IMG/VR virus record: IMGVR_UViG_3300022919_000004
Coordinates: 9,315-73,314 of that record
Length of the DNA stretch: 64,000 nt
Reading direction: 5' to 3' (one strand)
From: a virus
Of this stretch, positions 16,423 through 26,114 are shown piece by piece; the stretch's first letter is position 1; every line of letters begins with the position of its first letter. A program made the position numbers and the translations under genes. The notes below the pieces were generated by a model, which saw only the letters and a program-made list of their open reading frames with translations, was not told where the DNA came from and made no database searches.

Positions 16423-18300
16423 CTATGTAAATTCTTGCGTAAACTCTTCGGTAAATATACCATATTTCGGATTTAAATCAACTGTAGGATCTTGTATAAT
16501 TTCGCTTTGCTCACTTCCTGGATATTCAGGGGTAGTCAGATCAACAGATTTGCCAGCCCTATCGAACAGTTCAGTTAGTTTTCCATTTGAAAACGTGTTG
16601 TATTTAAGGTCAATATCGCCGCCCATAATCCCGAACACTTTTTTATTAAACGTCAATGATTGCCCCGGTACTTCAAAGCTGAATGTATTTAAATAGCTAA
16701 AACCTGACACGCCAGTACGTAACTTCAAGTCACCTAACCAGAACCTGAATGCCTTTTGGTAAGCCCTTAGAATTGATTTGGCCAATGCCAAGCTGAAAGG
16801 CGCAGGCGCTGCAGTTGTGCCGTACTCATACCAACCAGAAGTATAAACACCTTTGTACCTTATCGCATACAGTGAATTTAAAGGTGTATCTGCTGCAGTC
16901 CTTTGCGCATAATCACCGAATGGTATTTCTATACGATCAGGCTTTTCGGTATAAAAACCTAAGTTGGTGGAACTACTCAGTGTTCCGGTTACATCTGAAT
17001 CCGCTACCGCACTTGTTTTCGATACAGATATATCATCCATTATAATCGGGATATACCCTGTCAGTTCAGTAATGATCAACTCCGGCCTATTCAAAGCATT
17101 ACCTCCGCTCGATACAGCCTTATCATAATTCACTTTAGTAAACCCGTATATCTGCAAACTCATTAATCCCGATACCGGACATTCAGGAGCGGAAAAGTTA
17201 AACGAAAAGGTATTGGCATCTCCTTTACTGTTCTCGATCAGATTTGATACCGTACTAAGCGATGTTACCCATTCGTATGAAGTTCCGTAATCTACGTTGC
17301 GTAAATAGTAGTTACCGACCTTAATGCGTATTTTACACACATACATGGTTCCTACTGTTTGCGTTACCGTATAGCCTCCTGAATAACCACCGTCATCTAC
17401 AGTAGTAGTAACACCAGTATCCGTTTTGCCTACCCTGTATTTAACTGAAATCTTATCGCCTATCTGTATTGGTATCGGTGCCGATTGATAGTATTTACCC
17501 GCATTTGCGCGCTCATTGAATTGGATGGCGTAATTATCTAAAGGCACAAGTTCGCCTTTTGCATTGGTTACGGTACGCGGCACACGTGAAAAGTTTAAAC
17601 CGCCAAATCGCGTCCAGAAATTAAAGTTTTGACCGTCGAACAATTCAAAGTCTCCGTTATATAACAGGCTCGGTACGTTACCGAATTTAGTTAATACCTC
17701 TACCCGTTTATACGCATCTTGTATCGGCATTTCAGCGCCTGACAAAGCAATTATTTCTTTAACTCTAGGTTCCGGTTCAGGTGGCGTAGGCTCGAACGGT
17801 TCTACCTCGAAATTACCAGAAGCAAATAACCCGACCAATGATTTCGAGCGAACAAATGCTGTGTATACTTGCGGACTTAGCGCGCCGAATAGGTTGCTAT
17901 CTTGCCATTTTACTGCATCGGGGCTGTACTCATATGGAGCAGGTCCACCCGAAGTGTTAATTGTTGCCGTTCCGTTATTTAATCCCGTTCCTGTTTCATC
18001 TGTAACCGTAATCGAATTGATACGTATATCGTTAAATCCAGGATCTACAGCAACCGCCACTTTAGTAAATGTAGCGAATGGATATAAGTCAGCCCATTTG
18101 AGCGTATAGGTAAACCCAGCGGCCCATTTACGGATTAATGTATCACCTGGTGCAAAGTTTGGGTAATGCGCATCAAAGCTAACAGGAGGTGTGCCGCCAT
18201 TAGTAAGCAGTGCCGATACAGTACCCGCCAATTCATCATAAGCGATGGTTACGCCCTGATTTAATCCTGATTTATTGCCGACAAAGTTATAGTATATCAT
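16423..18300 (-). CDS. minor tail protein with SprB-like repeat
   Basis: ITVTDETG...NGTATINTSGGPAPYEYS...WQDSNLFGAL; homologue at 57625-59499. Confidence 0.6.
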   Translation of the reverse strand: MIYYNFVGNKSGLNQGVTIAYDELAGTVSALLTNGGTPPVSFDAHYPNFAPGDTLIRKWAAGFTYTLKWADLYPFATFTKVAVAVDPGFNDIRINSITVTDETGTGLNNGTATINTSGGPAPYEYSPDAVKWQDSNLFGALSPQVYTAFVRSKSLVGLFASGNFEVEPFEPTPPEPEPRVKEIIALSGAEMPIQDAYKRVEVLTKFGNVPSLLYNGDFELFDGQNFNFWTRFGGLNFSRVPRTVTNAKGELVPLDNYAIQFNERANAGKYYQSAPIPIQIGDKISVKYRVGKTDTGVTTTVDDGGYSGGYTVTQTVGTMYVCKIRIKVGNYYLRNVDYGTSYEWVTSLSTVSNLIENSKGDANTFSFNFSAPECPVSGLMSLQIYGFTKVNYDKAVSSGGNALNRPELIITELTGYIPIIMDDISVSKTSAVADSDVTGTLSSSTNLGFYTEKPDRIEIPFGDYAQRTAADTPLNSLYAIRYKGVYTSGWYEYGTTAAPAPFSLALAKSILRAYQKAFRFWLGDLKLRTGVSGFSYLNTFSFEVPGQSLTFNKKVFGIMGGDIDLKYNTFSNGKLTELFDRAGKSVDLTTPEYPGSEQSEIIQDPTVDLNPKYGIFTEEFTQEFT

Positions 18301-19442
18301 AGCACCGAACCTATTACGCGGTTAACGTCTAATATCTCCGCATTCAAAAATAAGCCTTTATAGTTGTAATTCCTTGCTCTTATCGCAGAACCCGATAATT
18401 CATTTGCACGTATAATATTCCAAACCCCATCAGCTTGTACGATGTAAGCACCCCAGCTAGTTAACACAGCCTCTAATGCTTCATAGCATGTCATCACTCC
18501 GCCTTTATCGTTAGTTAATGACAGCGGGTTAACACGCGCCATTTGAAGCGGATCGTTATCCAGTCCCGTAGGCATACCCGGGCTATACAGGTTGCATATC
18601 GTTCTTATCGGTAAATTTAAATTGGTCAGCGATAAACAATAGGCGATAATGTCAACGAAAGATTGGTATACCTCAATATCTGATCCTACTGGCAATGGAT
18701 ATGAACTTGATTTAAGCCCGCCTAATGCATCAGTAGCTGAAATAGATACAGGATAAGGAACCGACATAAAAGGTTCGGTACAGGTACTAGGAATGATATA
18801 TCCCCGGAAAACAATAGCCCCGGATCTACGAGCGGTAACCCTGAAAGCGCGTTCGTCGTTTGTGTAGAACTCCTGCAATAAAAAGTCCTCATCGCAAATG
18901 AAAGACATTTTAAGTTCTGCAGGACGGAACGGATCGAACTTGTCGTCGACCTCTTTATATGATATGATAGCCGGAGATTTGCCGCCAGTATTCAGGTAGC
19001 TAGGTGTCCCGTTATAATTTTTACTTTCTATATCCAATTCGCATTGTACGCCCTCGATATCACACCAACCATAAGCACGATAAACACCGTAAACAGGATT
19101 ACCAAAAGGACTAAACGGTACAGATGGTTCGGGTAGTGGTGTTTGGTATCCGCATTTAGTTGCGTTAATATCCGTTTCTACCCTAGCAAATGGTCGCTCA
19201 TCTGTTGCGTAAACCCTGTAATTGGTGTATGTTGATAAGTTGCAAAACTCGGTTATCTTGTCGCCGGGATTATACCGTCTGTTATTTGACTTGTAATCAG
19301 ATACCCGGTCTAAGTTCATTATTGGCTCACCTGGAGCTTCCGGGTTTGATAAGTTTCCGTTAGCGTCAATATCAACTATAGCGGTACGCCATTTAGCCAA
19401 GAAACCAGATGGCTTAACTTGAAATCGGTCTATTTGGCTCAT
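18297..19442 (-). CDS. distal tail/baseplate-region protein
   Basis: Immediately after tape measure; homologue at 59486-60652. Confidence 0.6.
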   Translation of the reverse strand: MSQIDRFQVKPSGFLAKWRTAIVDIDANGNLSNPEAPGEPIMNLDRVSDYKSNNRRYNPGDKITEFCNLSTYTNYRVYATDERPFARVETDINATKCGYQTPLPEPSVPFSPFGNPVYGVYRAYGWCDIEGVQCELDIESKNYNGTPSYLNTGGKSPAIISYKEVDDKFDPFRPAELKMSFICDEDFLLQEFYTNDERAFRVTARRSGAIVFRGYIIPSTCTEPFMSVPYPVSISATDALGGLKSSSYPLPVGSDIEVYQSFVDIIAYCLSLTNLNLPIRTICNLYSPGMPTGLDNDPLQMARVNPLSLTNDKGGVMTCYEALEAVLTSWGAYIVQADGVWNIIRANELSGSAIRARNYNYKGLFLNAEILDVNRVIGSVL

Positions 19443-21634
19443 ATTCCAGCCCTCCCTCGCGACTTTTGTTCTGCCCTGATAAGTGCATAAAGTTGACCGC
19501 CGCTGATTGCAAGCTCTGAACTAATATTTATCATGTCGTTATTGCCTCGCATCAGGCGTTCGGTTCTTCCATTTGGGATAACACTCGATCCTGTAGGTAA
19601 ATTAACTAGCTCGCGCCCTTGTTCGCCTACTACTGCTAACCCCCCGCTGAAATTATTAACCCCAGATGCAAAGCCTGGTATTTGTTTTACGCTTTGGTAT
19701 TTTGATTTACCACCTGTCGCACCTGTAGCAATTCCACCTAAAATAGAAATACCTGCTCCCGCAGCAATCATACCCGAACCACCCGCTATATTTGGTGCGC
19801 CAGATCCTGGAATAATTAAATTTTTGGCGATACCATAACCTATTTGAGCGATACCTTCTTTAATAAACATCTGCCCTAACTGACCTAAGAAACCAGCGAA
19901 AGCAGATAATAGAGCCTGACCAAATGCGTCTATCGCGCTAGTCCCTTCTGATAGTGCTACTCCTATAGAACTAAAGGCATCAGCTAAACCAGACCCTAGT
20001 GCAGTTGTAGCTAATGAACTTAACCCATCTTCAAACGTTTTTTGTGAATCTGAAGCAGCCAAAAGTAACCTTTGATATTCTGAAACGCCTAAATTTATAG
20101 CCCTTAAATCTAAATTAGGAGCCGCTACACCTGGTGCAACTGACGTAGACACTCCGGCTGACGACGATACGTTTTTAAGATCACCAGAAAAAAGTCCTTC
20201 CTGACTGTCTTTCAATTTTTGTATAGCCGAACTCGCCGGATCAAGACCTAATTTAATTAAGTCGTTTATAGCTTTTTGGTACGCATTTACTTCATTTTCT
20301 CTTTTTTCTCCAAAAGTTCCAGTAAAAACATTATCTATTTGCAGTAGCTCTATTTTTAAATCTTTAAGTACATCCTCAACACTTCTAGCTGCTTTTTCAG
20401 CACTTGGTAAATCACCTACCTTACCAGCTAAATCCGCGCCTGCTTTTACTTGATCCGTTATTTCTTTAGCTATAGCTAGATTACGCTGATCTAATATATT
20501 TGAATCTGTTTTTAGATCATTTATTTGCTTTTGGGTATCGCGTATTACTGCTTTTTGCTTTTGTTCAGCAAATGGAGCTTCACCTCCAACGCCAGATTCA
20601 GCGTTAAAGCCTATATCCTGACTTATTTTATCTAGTTTAGCGGCATTTTTAATTTGCTGCTCTTGAAGAGATAATACTTTTTGCTCATTAGCTAGTTGCC
20701 TAGAGTTATTTTGAACTAAAATATCTTGCGCAGCCCTTGCCCTAGCGGTGGCAATTATTGATAGTGTTAATTTGTCGTATGCCGTTTTAGCCCCGCCATT
20801 AAGAATAGTTTCATCTTTTAGATTTTTAAAATATTCCGGGTATTGATTTTGAAGTTGATCTACAGCATCTTTTCTTTGTTTTAAAGACACCGTTGAATCC
20901 TGGGATATAGTATACAAAGACTGTAGTTGAACTAACTCCTGTTGTGCATTCTGCGCACCTGTTAATCTGGTGCCATTAAGTATATCTAATGTTTTCTGTA
21001 ATTCCGAAACTTCCTCTTGTGCATCTATGTTAGCCTGAATATACTCTAATATTGGCCCAGCCGCAAACGCTAAAGCACTAGCAACTGTAATACCCGGTAG
21101 TATGTCTATTAAATCTTTTACGCCGCTTAAACTTTCCCCTATAGCTTCGCCTGCGGTCGCAGTTTCATTACCTAATGCGTCAAATCCCTCTTTACCAGCA
21201 TTAGACAATCTTTCAATAGCAGATTTAGTATCCTCTACTTTGGCATTATATTTAGTTAAAATAGCCGGATCAGTAGCCCCTTCAGATATTTTCTTATAGC
21301 TGTCCAATTTTATTTTAAGGGTCTCTACCAACCCGATAGTTCTACCTGTTCCCTCGGAAACCTTATTGAATGACTGAGCTATTTTCTCAACATTCTTAGC
21401 TGCAGGTGCGGCAGTGGAACTAGTATATTTTAATGCATTTCCACTATCAAGGAAGCTTTTTGATACTCCGCTAGTGCTTAATTTATTTAACGTAGATACA
21501 TTTTTATTTACCTCGCTAAAATTCTTTTTAGTCCCTGCGTTGAGTTTTTCAGACGCGGCTTCTGCTTCTTTAAGGCTTTTCTTAAAGCCGTCTATCTGAG
21601 CGGTTATTTCTACGGATAATTGAGCATCAGCCAT
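19439..21634 (-). CDS. tape measure protein
   Basis: 731 aa, Ala/Gly-rich helical, downstream of chaperones. Confidence 0.85.
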   Translation of the reverse strand: MADAQLSVEITAQIDGFKKSLKEAEAASEKLNAGTKKNFSEVNKNVSTLNKLSTSGVSKSFLDSGNALKYTSSTAAPAAKNVEKIAQSFNKVSEGTGRTIGLVETLKIKLDSYKKISEGATDPAILTKYNAKVEDTKSAIERLSNAGKEGFDALGNETATAGEAIGESLSGVKDLIDILPGITVASALAFAAGPILEYIQANIDAQEEVSELQKTLDILNGTRLTGAQNAQQELVQLQSLYTISQDSTVSLKQRKDAVDQLQNQYPEYFKNLKDETILNGGAKTAYDKLTLSIIATARARAAQDILVQNNSRQLANEQKVLSLQEQQIKNAAKLDKISQDIGFNAESGVGGEAPFAEQKQKAVIRDTQKQINDLKTDSNILDQRNLAIAKEITDQVKAGADLAGKVGDLPSAEKAARSVEDVLKDLKIELLQIDNVFTGTFGEKRENEVNAYQKAINDLIKLGLDPASSAIQKLKDSQEGLFSGDLKNVSSSAGVSTSVAPGVAAPNLDLRAINLGVSEYQRLLLAASDSQKTFEDGLSSLATTALGSGLADAFSSIGVALSEGTSAIDAFGQALLSAFAGFLGQLGQMFIKEGIAQIGYGIAKNLIIPGSGAPNIAGGSGMIAAGAGISILGGIATGATGGKSKYQSVKQIPGFASGVNNFSGGLAVVGEQGRELVNLPTGSSVIPNGRTERLMRGNNDMINISSELAISGGQLYALIRAEQKSRGRAGI

Positions 21635-21990
21635 TTATTTTTTCCTCCATCCTTCCGACTTAATAAAATCGTGGAAATTTTTAATACTGTTTAACCTGGC
21701 TTTAGTCATTTTATAGACTTTAGGTTTTGGCTCTCCTTCTATTGGCCACCATGCTTGCGCTGATTTAGGCATTTTCTTTGGGTCTCCGAAGCTTGAATAA
21801 ATCATCCAATTCAATTGCCTTTCTGAACGTTCTAGTCGTCTCAGTCTATCCCTATGACCTATGCAAAGCATAACATAGTCTGCATGAGTCATTTTACAAT
21901 ATTCCCATGGCTTAAGCCCTAATTCAGAATAAGCGAAAGCCCTAATACCCGACCAATCAATTAAGCTTTCTTTTGCTCTGCTTTTTTTTT
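21635..21990 (-). CDS. tail assembly chaperone, -1 frameshift extension
   Basis: -1 frame open from the A9 run at 21982-21990: KKSRAKESLIDWSGIRAFAYSELGLKPWEYCKMTHAD... Confidence 0.7.
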
Positions 21991-22317
21991 AACTGCGTTA
22001 AGCCTTTTTAGCAGCTCTTCCTTTGGCTTACTTTCGTTCCATGCTTTATAAATATCAGCAGTTATCTCGTTTTCGTTGGCTATTTGTTCTGCTAAAAAAT
22101 AAGCATCTTGAAATTTTGGCCTAACTTCATCAATGCAGTCAGCAAAATTACACATGCCACCAAACAAAATGTAAGCAAAAGCTTTTATATCTGTGACCTC
22201 ACCTTTACTGATAGCAGTTACGGAACTGTTAGCTATTATTTCAGTAGCAGTCATACCGAAATAAAGGGAGTGCTTAACCCCCTCTATTTCAAATGATATT
22301 TTCCCGTTACCCTGCAT
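21961..22317 (-). CDS. tail assembly chaperone
   Basis: Between tail tube and TMP; slippery A AAA AAA near 3' end. Confidence 0.75.
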   Translation of the reverse strand: MQGNGKISFEIEGVKHSLYFGMTATEIIANSSVTAISKGEVTDIKAFAYILFGGMCNFADCIDEVRPKFQDAYFLAEQIANENEITADIYKAWNESKPKEELLKRLNAVKKKAEQKKA

Positions 22318-22318
22318 A

Positions 22319-22810
22319 CTAAGCTACTGGCGCTAAATCGTCTTGATCGAATGAGGCACCGATACCAGTAATAGAAGTACTGAACGTCTGCGCTGCGTTA
22401 TCCGGGAATGAATCACCCTCTGTATCGATACGGCCTACACCATAACGTATAGTTACGCTTGTAGCTGTATTCGTACGGTCAGCAATCATCCACCACGCCG
22501 CAGCACCTGAACGCCATTGTTTATATAAAGCGTTGTGATCGATACGTAAATCGCCAACTTCAAGTTTTTGGGCTAAACCTTCCGCAGACATAGTCCACGA
22601 TTTTTCACCCGCTACACTTTCGGCAAATCCAGATTCTGAACATTTCGATGTAGCTGAAATACCAGAAGTTGAGCCGTTAAAGTCAACGCTAGTTAAACAC
22701 GCTACAGCAACGAAGTTCTCAATCGAGATTTCCGTTCCAGGTGTGTCGATGTCATCAGTGACGTTTAAAAAAAGGAGCGACTCCCTTGCATTGATAAATG
22801 GATTTGCCAT
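22319..22810 (-). CDS. major tail tube protein
   Basis: VACLTSVDFNGS...TSKCS...GEKSWTMSAEG; start MANPFIN. Confidence 0.8.
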   Translation of the reverse strand: MANPFINARESLLFLNVTDDIDTPGTEISIENFVAVACLTSVDFNGSTSGISATSKCSESGFAESVAGEKSWTMSAEGLAQKLEVGDLRIDHNALYKQWRSGAAAWWMIADRTNTATSVTIRYGVGRIDTEGDSFPDNAAQTFSTSITGIGASFDQDDLAPVA

Positions 22811-22832
22811 GTTGATCGTTTTTATTTCAAAT

Positions 22833-22848
22833 GTAACTATAATGATAC
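22833..22848. promoter_or_regulatory. box GTAACT-ATAA-TGATAC overlapping TACATTTG promoter of tail tube
   Basis: 10/12 match; last TAC is the start of the -7 element. Confidence 0.65.
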
Positions 22849-22925
22849 AAAAGTGCAATAGTTATTTTTGTAGGTTTGGATTGTCGAAAGCAATGTAGAA
22901 TTTCGATATTTAAATTTTATCGGAT

Positions 22926-23183
22926 ATGATATTAACAGAAAAACAAAAAGAAAGCTTTGAGTTAGTCGTTTTACCTTTAATAAACTGGTTGAAGTCAAAT
23001 ACTCACCCACACTGTCATGCAATAATAAATCAGACGCATGCCGAAATATCAGAAGGATTCTTTGTTTGTATAGATCCTTTAAGCGTACAAGAAACCCCTT
23101 GTTGTAATTGCAAAAACAAATTTCACTATCAAAAAATAAATGAAAGAGAGCTTTGTCAAGAGTGCGATAAACTAATAAAATAA
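22926..23183 (+). CDS. moron-like hypothetical protein with CxxC motifs
   Basis: ORF track; own terminator at 23225-23255. Confidence 0.6.
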   Translation: MILTEKQKESFELVVLPLINWLKSNTHPHCHAIINQTHAEISEGFFVCIDPLSVQETPCCNCKNKFHYQKINERELCQECDKLIK

Positions 23184-23224
23184 TAATTAAAATTGTCATT
23201 TAAATGTAATTAGTAAGTGTAATC

Positions 23225-23255
23225 AGCCCTGTCCCTCACCGTTCAGGGCTTTTTT
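23225..23255 (+). terminator. intrinsic terminator
   Basis: AGCCCTG...CAGGGCT-TTTTT. Confidence 0.7.
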
Positions 23256-23329
23256 AACCCATCTCTCCCTTTCCCATTCCACCCTAGCCCGTACCCATAC
23301 ACAGGCGCGTTTAGGCATAGGGAAACGCT

Positions 23330-23797
23330 CTATTGCGTCACTGAGAAGTTTAGCGTAATTTGTACTATCCATGTTCTTGTAGTTTGTGCGTCATAATTTA
23401 GGTTGCGTATACCTACAATGTCGTATTTCCATAGGCCGAATGGATCAGGTAATACTACACTCGCTAACCTAGCTAATGCCAAATCGCTTATTTCCTCGGC
23501 TATTTTACTACCTCCCTTGCCAGATGGGTATACCGTAGTTACCTGTAATTGAATTGAACATTCATCATTACGACCACATTTACTTCCGATACCCTCGTCT
23601 TGTGTTTGATTAAGCAATATAATGTAAGCCTCTAAGCTAAGGTTACCAACTGTTAGTATAGCCTTTTTACGCGTATCTGTTTCCTGCAAATACTCTTCAA
23701 ATGAAGCTATCTTTTGCGTTCCCGAATGGATTATGCCGCCTCCTGCATTTAAAGCCGTTGCGACCGCTGTGCGTATTGCCAGGTTTGTGTTTTTCAT
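23330..23797 (-). CDS. tail terminator-like protein
   Basis: Position before tail tube; size and beta-rich pattern. Confidence 0.6.
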   Translation of the reverse strand: MKNTNLAIRTAVATALNAGGGIIHSGTQKIASFEEYLQETDTRKKAILTVGNLSLEAYIILLNQTQDEGIGSKCGRNDECSIQLQVTTVYPSGKGGSKIAEEISDLALARLASVVLPDPFGLWKYDIVGIRNLNYDAQTTRTWIVQITLNFSVTQ

Positions 23798-23798
23798 T

Positions 23799-23814
23799 GT
23801 AGCTAAGTTGTTAC
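23799..23814. promoter_or_regulatory. box GTAGCT-AAGT-TGTTAC between TATATTTG promoter and ATG
   Basis: 10/12 match, in the 5' leader. Confidence 0.6.
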
Positions 23815-23881
23815 ATTCAAATATAGGGAATAGTTCGTAATATTGTTGTGCCGGTGTTCGGCAATTAAATCTTAGCGGAAA

Positions 23882-24055
23882 ATGAAAAAAGCAGACAAAA
23901 TTAAAGCAGAGAAAAAAGCAGATTTAGCTTTATGTAAACTTCAAGACCTATTCTATATGAATATAAACGGCAATGCGGCACGTAAACTAAATGATGCCTG
24001 TGATAAGGTTAGAGAATTGATTTCGGCGATTGAAAACTCACCCATTGAAAGATAA
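23882..24055 (+). CDS. hypothetical protein, 57 aa
   Basis: Manual: MKKADKIKAEKKADLALCKLQDLFYM... Confidence 0.55.
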   Translation: MKKADKIKAEKKADLALCKLQDLFYMNINGNAARKLNDACDKVRELISAIENSPIER

Positions 24056-24150
24056 CATTCCCGTTCCCGCTAAGTCGGGAATCTGCCAGCTCGACACCTT
24101 AACCGGTTCGGGCTTGTGGTGGTGCCGGGCTATCAAACTGGTTAAACTTT

Positions 24151-24348
24151 ATGAAAGATTTAATTATTAATTGTCAAGTAGACAAAAAAGATACTGCAAT
24201 ATTTACCCATGTAGGTAAATCACTTAGCAAAAACCATGAAACGTTAGAAGTTACTGTAAAAGAAAACGGATCTATTGCGTCTGTTCGTATCGGTAAAGAT
24301 GACGCCGTAAAATTAATAGAGCATCTAATTAAAGAGTTTGGCTTATAG
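24151..24348 (+). CDS. hypothetical protein
   Basis: ORF track. Confidence 0.6.
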   Translation: MKDLIINCQVDKKDTAIFTHVGKSLSKNHETLEVTVKENGSIASVRIGKDDAVKLIEHLIKEFGL

Positions 24349-24429
24349 AATACCCAAGCAAACTTTAAAAATGAATCTTTCTGCGCCAAACAAAGATTGC
24401 AAAGCCAACAAAACACATTTAGTATACAC

Positions 24430-24933
24430 TTAAAGTTTAAGATTTTTTAGTGCTGCTTTCAAATCCTTAACGCACTGTATTTGATATTTCAAAAAAGCAG
24501 GGAGCAAATAAGGCTGACCAATTATCGTGCCTTTACCATTACGGATATACTGAGCCGCCAAAGCGCGCCATTCAGGTGGGACTGTCGCTAAATACCTTGC
24601 TGCATCTTGCCCTGTAGAAAACTCAACCCACGCTGAAATCTCTCCTGCAGACCGTTCGACAAATACCCTCCCCTTATAACCACTTGGATCGATGCTGTAT
24701 CCTATTGCTTGACTTATAGGTGTCCATCCTAGGCCGCGTGCTATTTGCTCCTGTGTTTCAGTTCCGAATGTAGTTCTAATCGCTGCACCTGGTCCCGGAG
24801 CGTCTCGTATCGCTTCTAACTCAATATCACCTAAATTAGTTTCTATGATCTCTTTTACCTCAGTCTGGAACTTGGTAGACATACTGTTTAACGCAGATGT
24901 TAATTGACCGAAATTTGATAGGACGCGGGGCAT
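24430..24933 (-). CDS. HK97 gp10-like tail completion protein
   Basis: IELEAIRDAP...WVEFST...QPYLLPAF. Confidence 0.7.
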   Translation of the reverse strand: MPRVLSNFGQLTSALNSMSTKFQTEVKEIIETNLGDIELEAIRDAPGPGAAIRTTFGTETQEQIARGLGWTPISQAIGYSIDPSGYKGRVFVERSAGEISAWVEFSTGQDAARYLATVPPEWRALAAQYIRNGKGTIIGQPYLLPAFLKYQIQCVKDLKAALKNLKL

Positions 24934-24942
24934 TTGATAAAG

Positions 24943-24958
24943 ATAGCGATAATGTTAC
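24943..24958. promoter_or_regulatory. box ATAGCG-ATAA-TGTTAC overlapping TATCTTTA-TCAA-ATG
   Basis: One perfect half-site; same register versus the -7 element as other boxes. Confidence 0.5.
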
Positions 24959-25024
24959 CTATTTTCAATATATATTTTTAAGAATGAATTTGGTAATAAA
25001 TATATTTTTACATATATTTGTTTC

Positions 25025-25198
25025 ATGAAAAAAAGAACTTATTTCACATTAAAAGACATAGTGTCTTTTGGTAATTACCTGCTTTCTAAAGAAAGGGAAC
25101 AAAGATTTAAAGATGCATCATTAGATAATCTCGAAGAAAGATTAAGATTTGTTCATCATGCAGATATAGCGAACTGGAAATTTAATAACAATAAATAA
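25025..25198 (+). CDS. hypothetical protein, 57 aa
   Basis: Manual: MKKRTYFTLKDIVSFGNYLLSKER...HADIANW; TATATTTG-TTTC-ATG. Confidence 0.65.
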   Translation: MKKRTYFTLKDIVSFGNYLLSKEREQRFKDASLDNLEERLRFVHHADIANWKFNNNK

Positions 25199-25199
25199 C

Positions 25200-25409
25200 A
25201 TGGGAATATTTTTTAAAAAAAACAATGGCAGCCCCGGATACGAACAACCTGAAGAAATTGAAACTTTAGATAGGAAAAAGGAATTTCAGACTATGTATCA
25301 GCTTCTACAGGATGCTGAAAAATATGATAGAGCAGAAGAATACGGCGTGTCTTACGGCATGCTTGATAATTTAACTAAATATATAAAAGAATATGTTTCT
25401 ATTATTTAG
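25200..25409 (+). CDS. hypothetical protein
   Basis: ORF track, 1 nt after the previous stop. Confidence 0.6.
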   Translation: MGIFFKKNNGSPGYEQPEEIETLDRKKEFQTMYQLLQDAEKYDRAEEYGVSYGMLDNLTKYIKEYVSII

Positions 25410-25540
25410 AGTTTACGCAATTTTATTCAGAGCATATATAAGCTTTCTTTTTTATGACTTATTAGCTGGACTAGACGGTAATTACAAGCCTTATAGGCTA
25501 CAATCTAAAAAGGTTTTAAAAACTATGAAATCAATGCATT

Positions 25541-25924
25541 ATGATAACAAAAAATAATTTACAAAAAACAGTACCATCATTGCAGATACAGACATACGGT
25601 CAAATGGTAAAACTGACCAAAGGTCAAAAGGGATTACTTGATGTTATTACGAAAAGAGTTCTTTCTAAAGAAACATTAACATGGGACGATATTGTTGATA
25701 CTTACTGCAATTGCATAAGGAAAACTTATACAGGCGGTTACTATAGTGAACGAACACGAACGTATGCCTACACAGATAAGAACATTAAAGAAGAATATAA
25801 AAATTATTCTTATTGTTGGAGTGGCACATTGCGGCCTTTAATAAAAGGATGGTTTTTGACTAGTATCGGTACTTTAGTTATTAAAAACCAATTAGCAGTG
25901 ATACCTTTAATAGAAGTTGAATAA
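25541..25924 (+). CDS. hypothetical protein
   Basis: ORF track. Confidence 0.55.
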   Translation: MITKNNLQKTVPSLQIQTYGQMVKLTKGQKGLLDVITKRVLSKETLTWDDIVDTYCNCIRKTYTGGYYSERTRTYAYTDKNIKEEYKNYSYCWSGTLRPLIKGWFLTSIGTLVIKNQLAVIPLIEVE

Positions 25925-26114
25925 AAAATATTTGCGGCGTGGAGGCGGCAAACGTGTTGTTGCATACCATTGCAAAGACTGCGGATCTGTTCACGTTGGT
26001 CATGAAAGCAAAGGCCGTAAAATGTCGGCTGATAAAACAGGGAAAAACAAAATTATACACCATAACCATGTGCCTGGAGTACATAGGATAAAATTAGATG
26101 ATTATGAAAGCTAG
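25917..26114 (+). pseudogene. 5'-truncated copy of the Zn-finger gene at 27680
   Basis: Lacks the N-terminal CxxK segment; in-frame stop just upstream. Confidence 0.5.
25943..26107 (+). repeat. 165-bp direct repeat, copy a
   Basis: 5 mismatches versus 27769-27933, all third-codon synonymous. Confidence 0.9.

Larger units (their letters stand above)
2341..22858. repeat. diverged long direct repeat, unit 1 (homologous to 44468-64000)
   Basis: Colinear gene-by-gene homology, offset ~41.4-42.0 kb. Confidence 0.9.

Noticed and set aside
12420-21599. Plus-strand ORFs inside tail genes (e.g. 12420, 16815, 17861, 19533, 21102, 21414) and similar antisense ORFs in MCP, primase, helicase and MTase
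   Set aside because: Antisense shadows with no motifs, promoters or conservation in the second unit
24095-24115. GGTTCG as a tRNA T-loop
   Set aside because: No acceptor, D or anticodon arms
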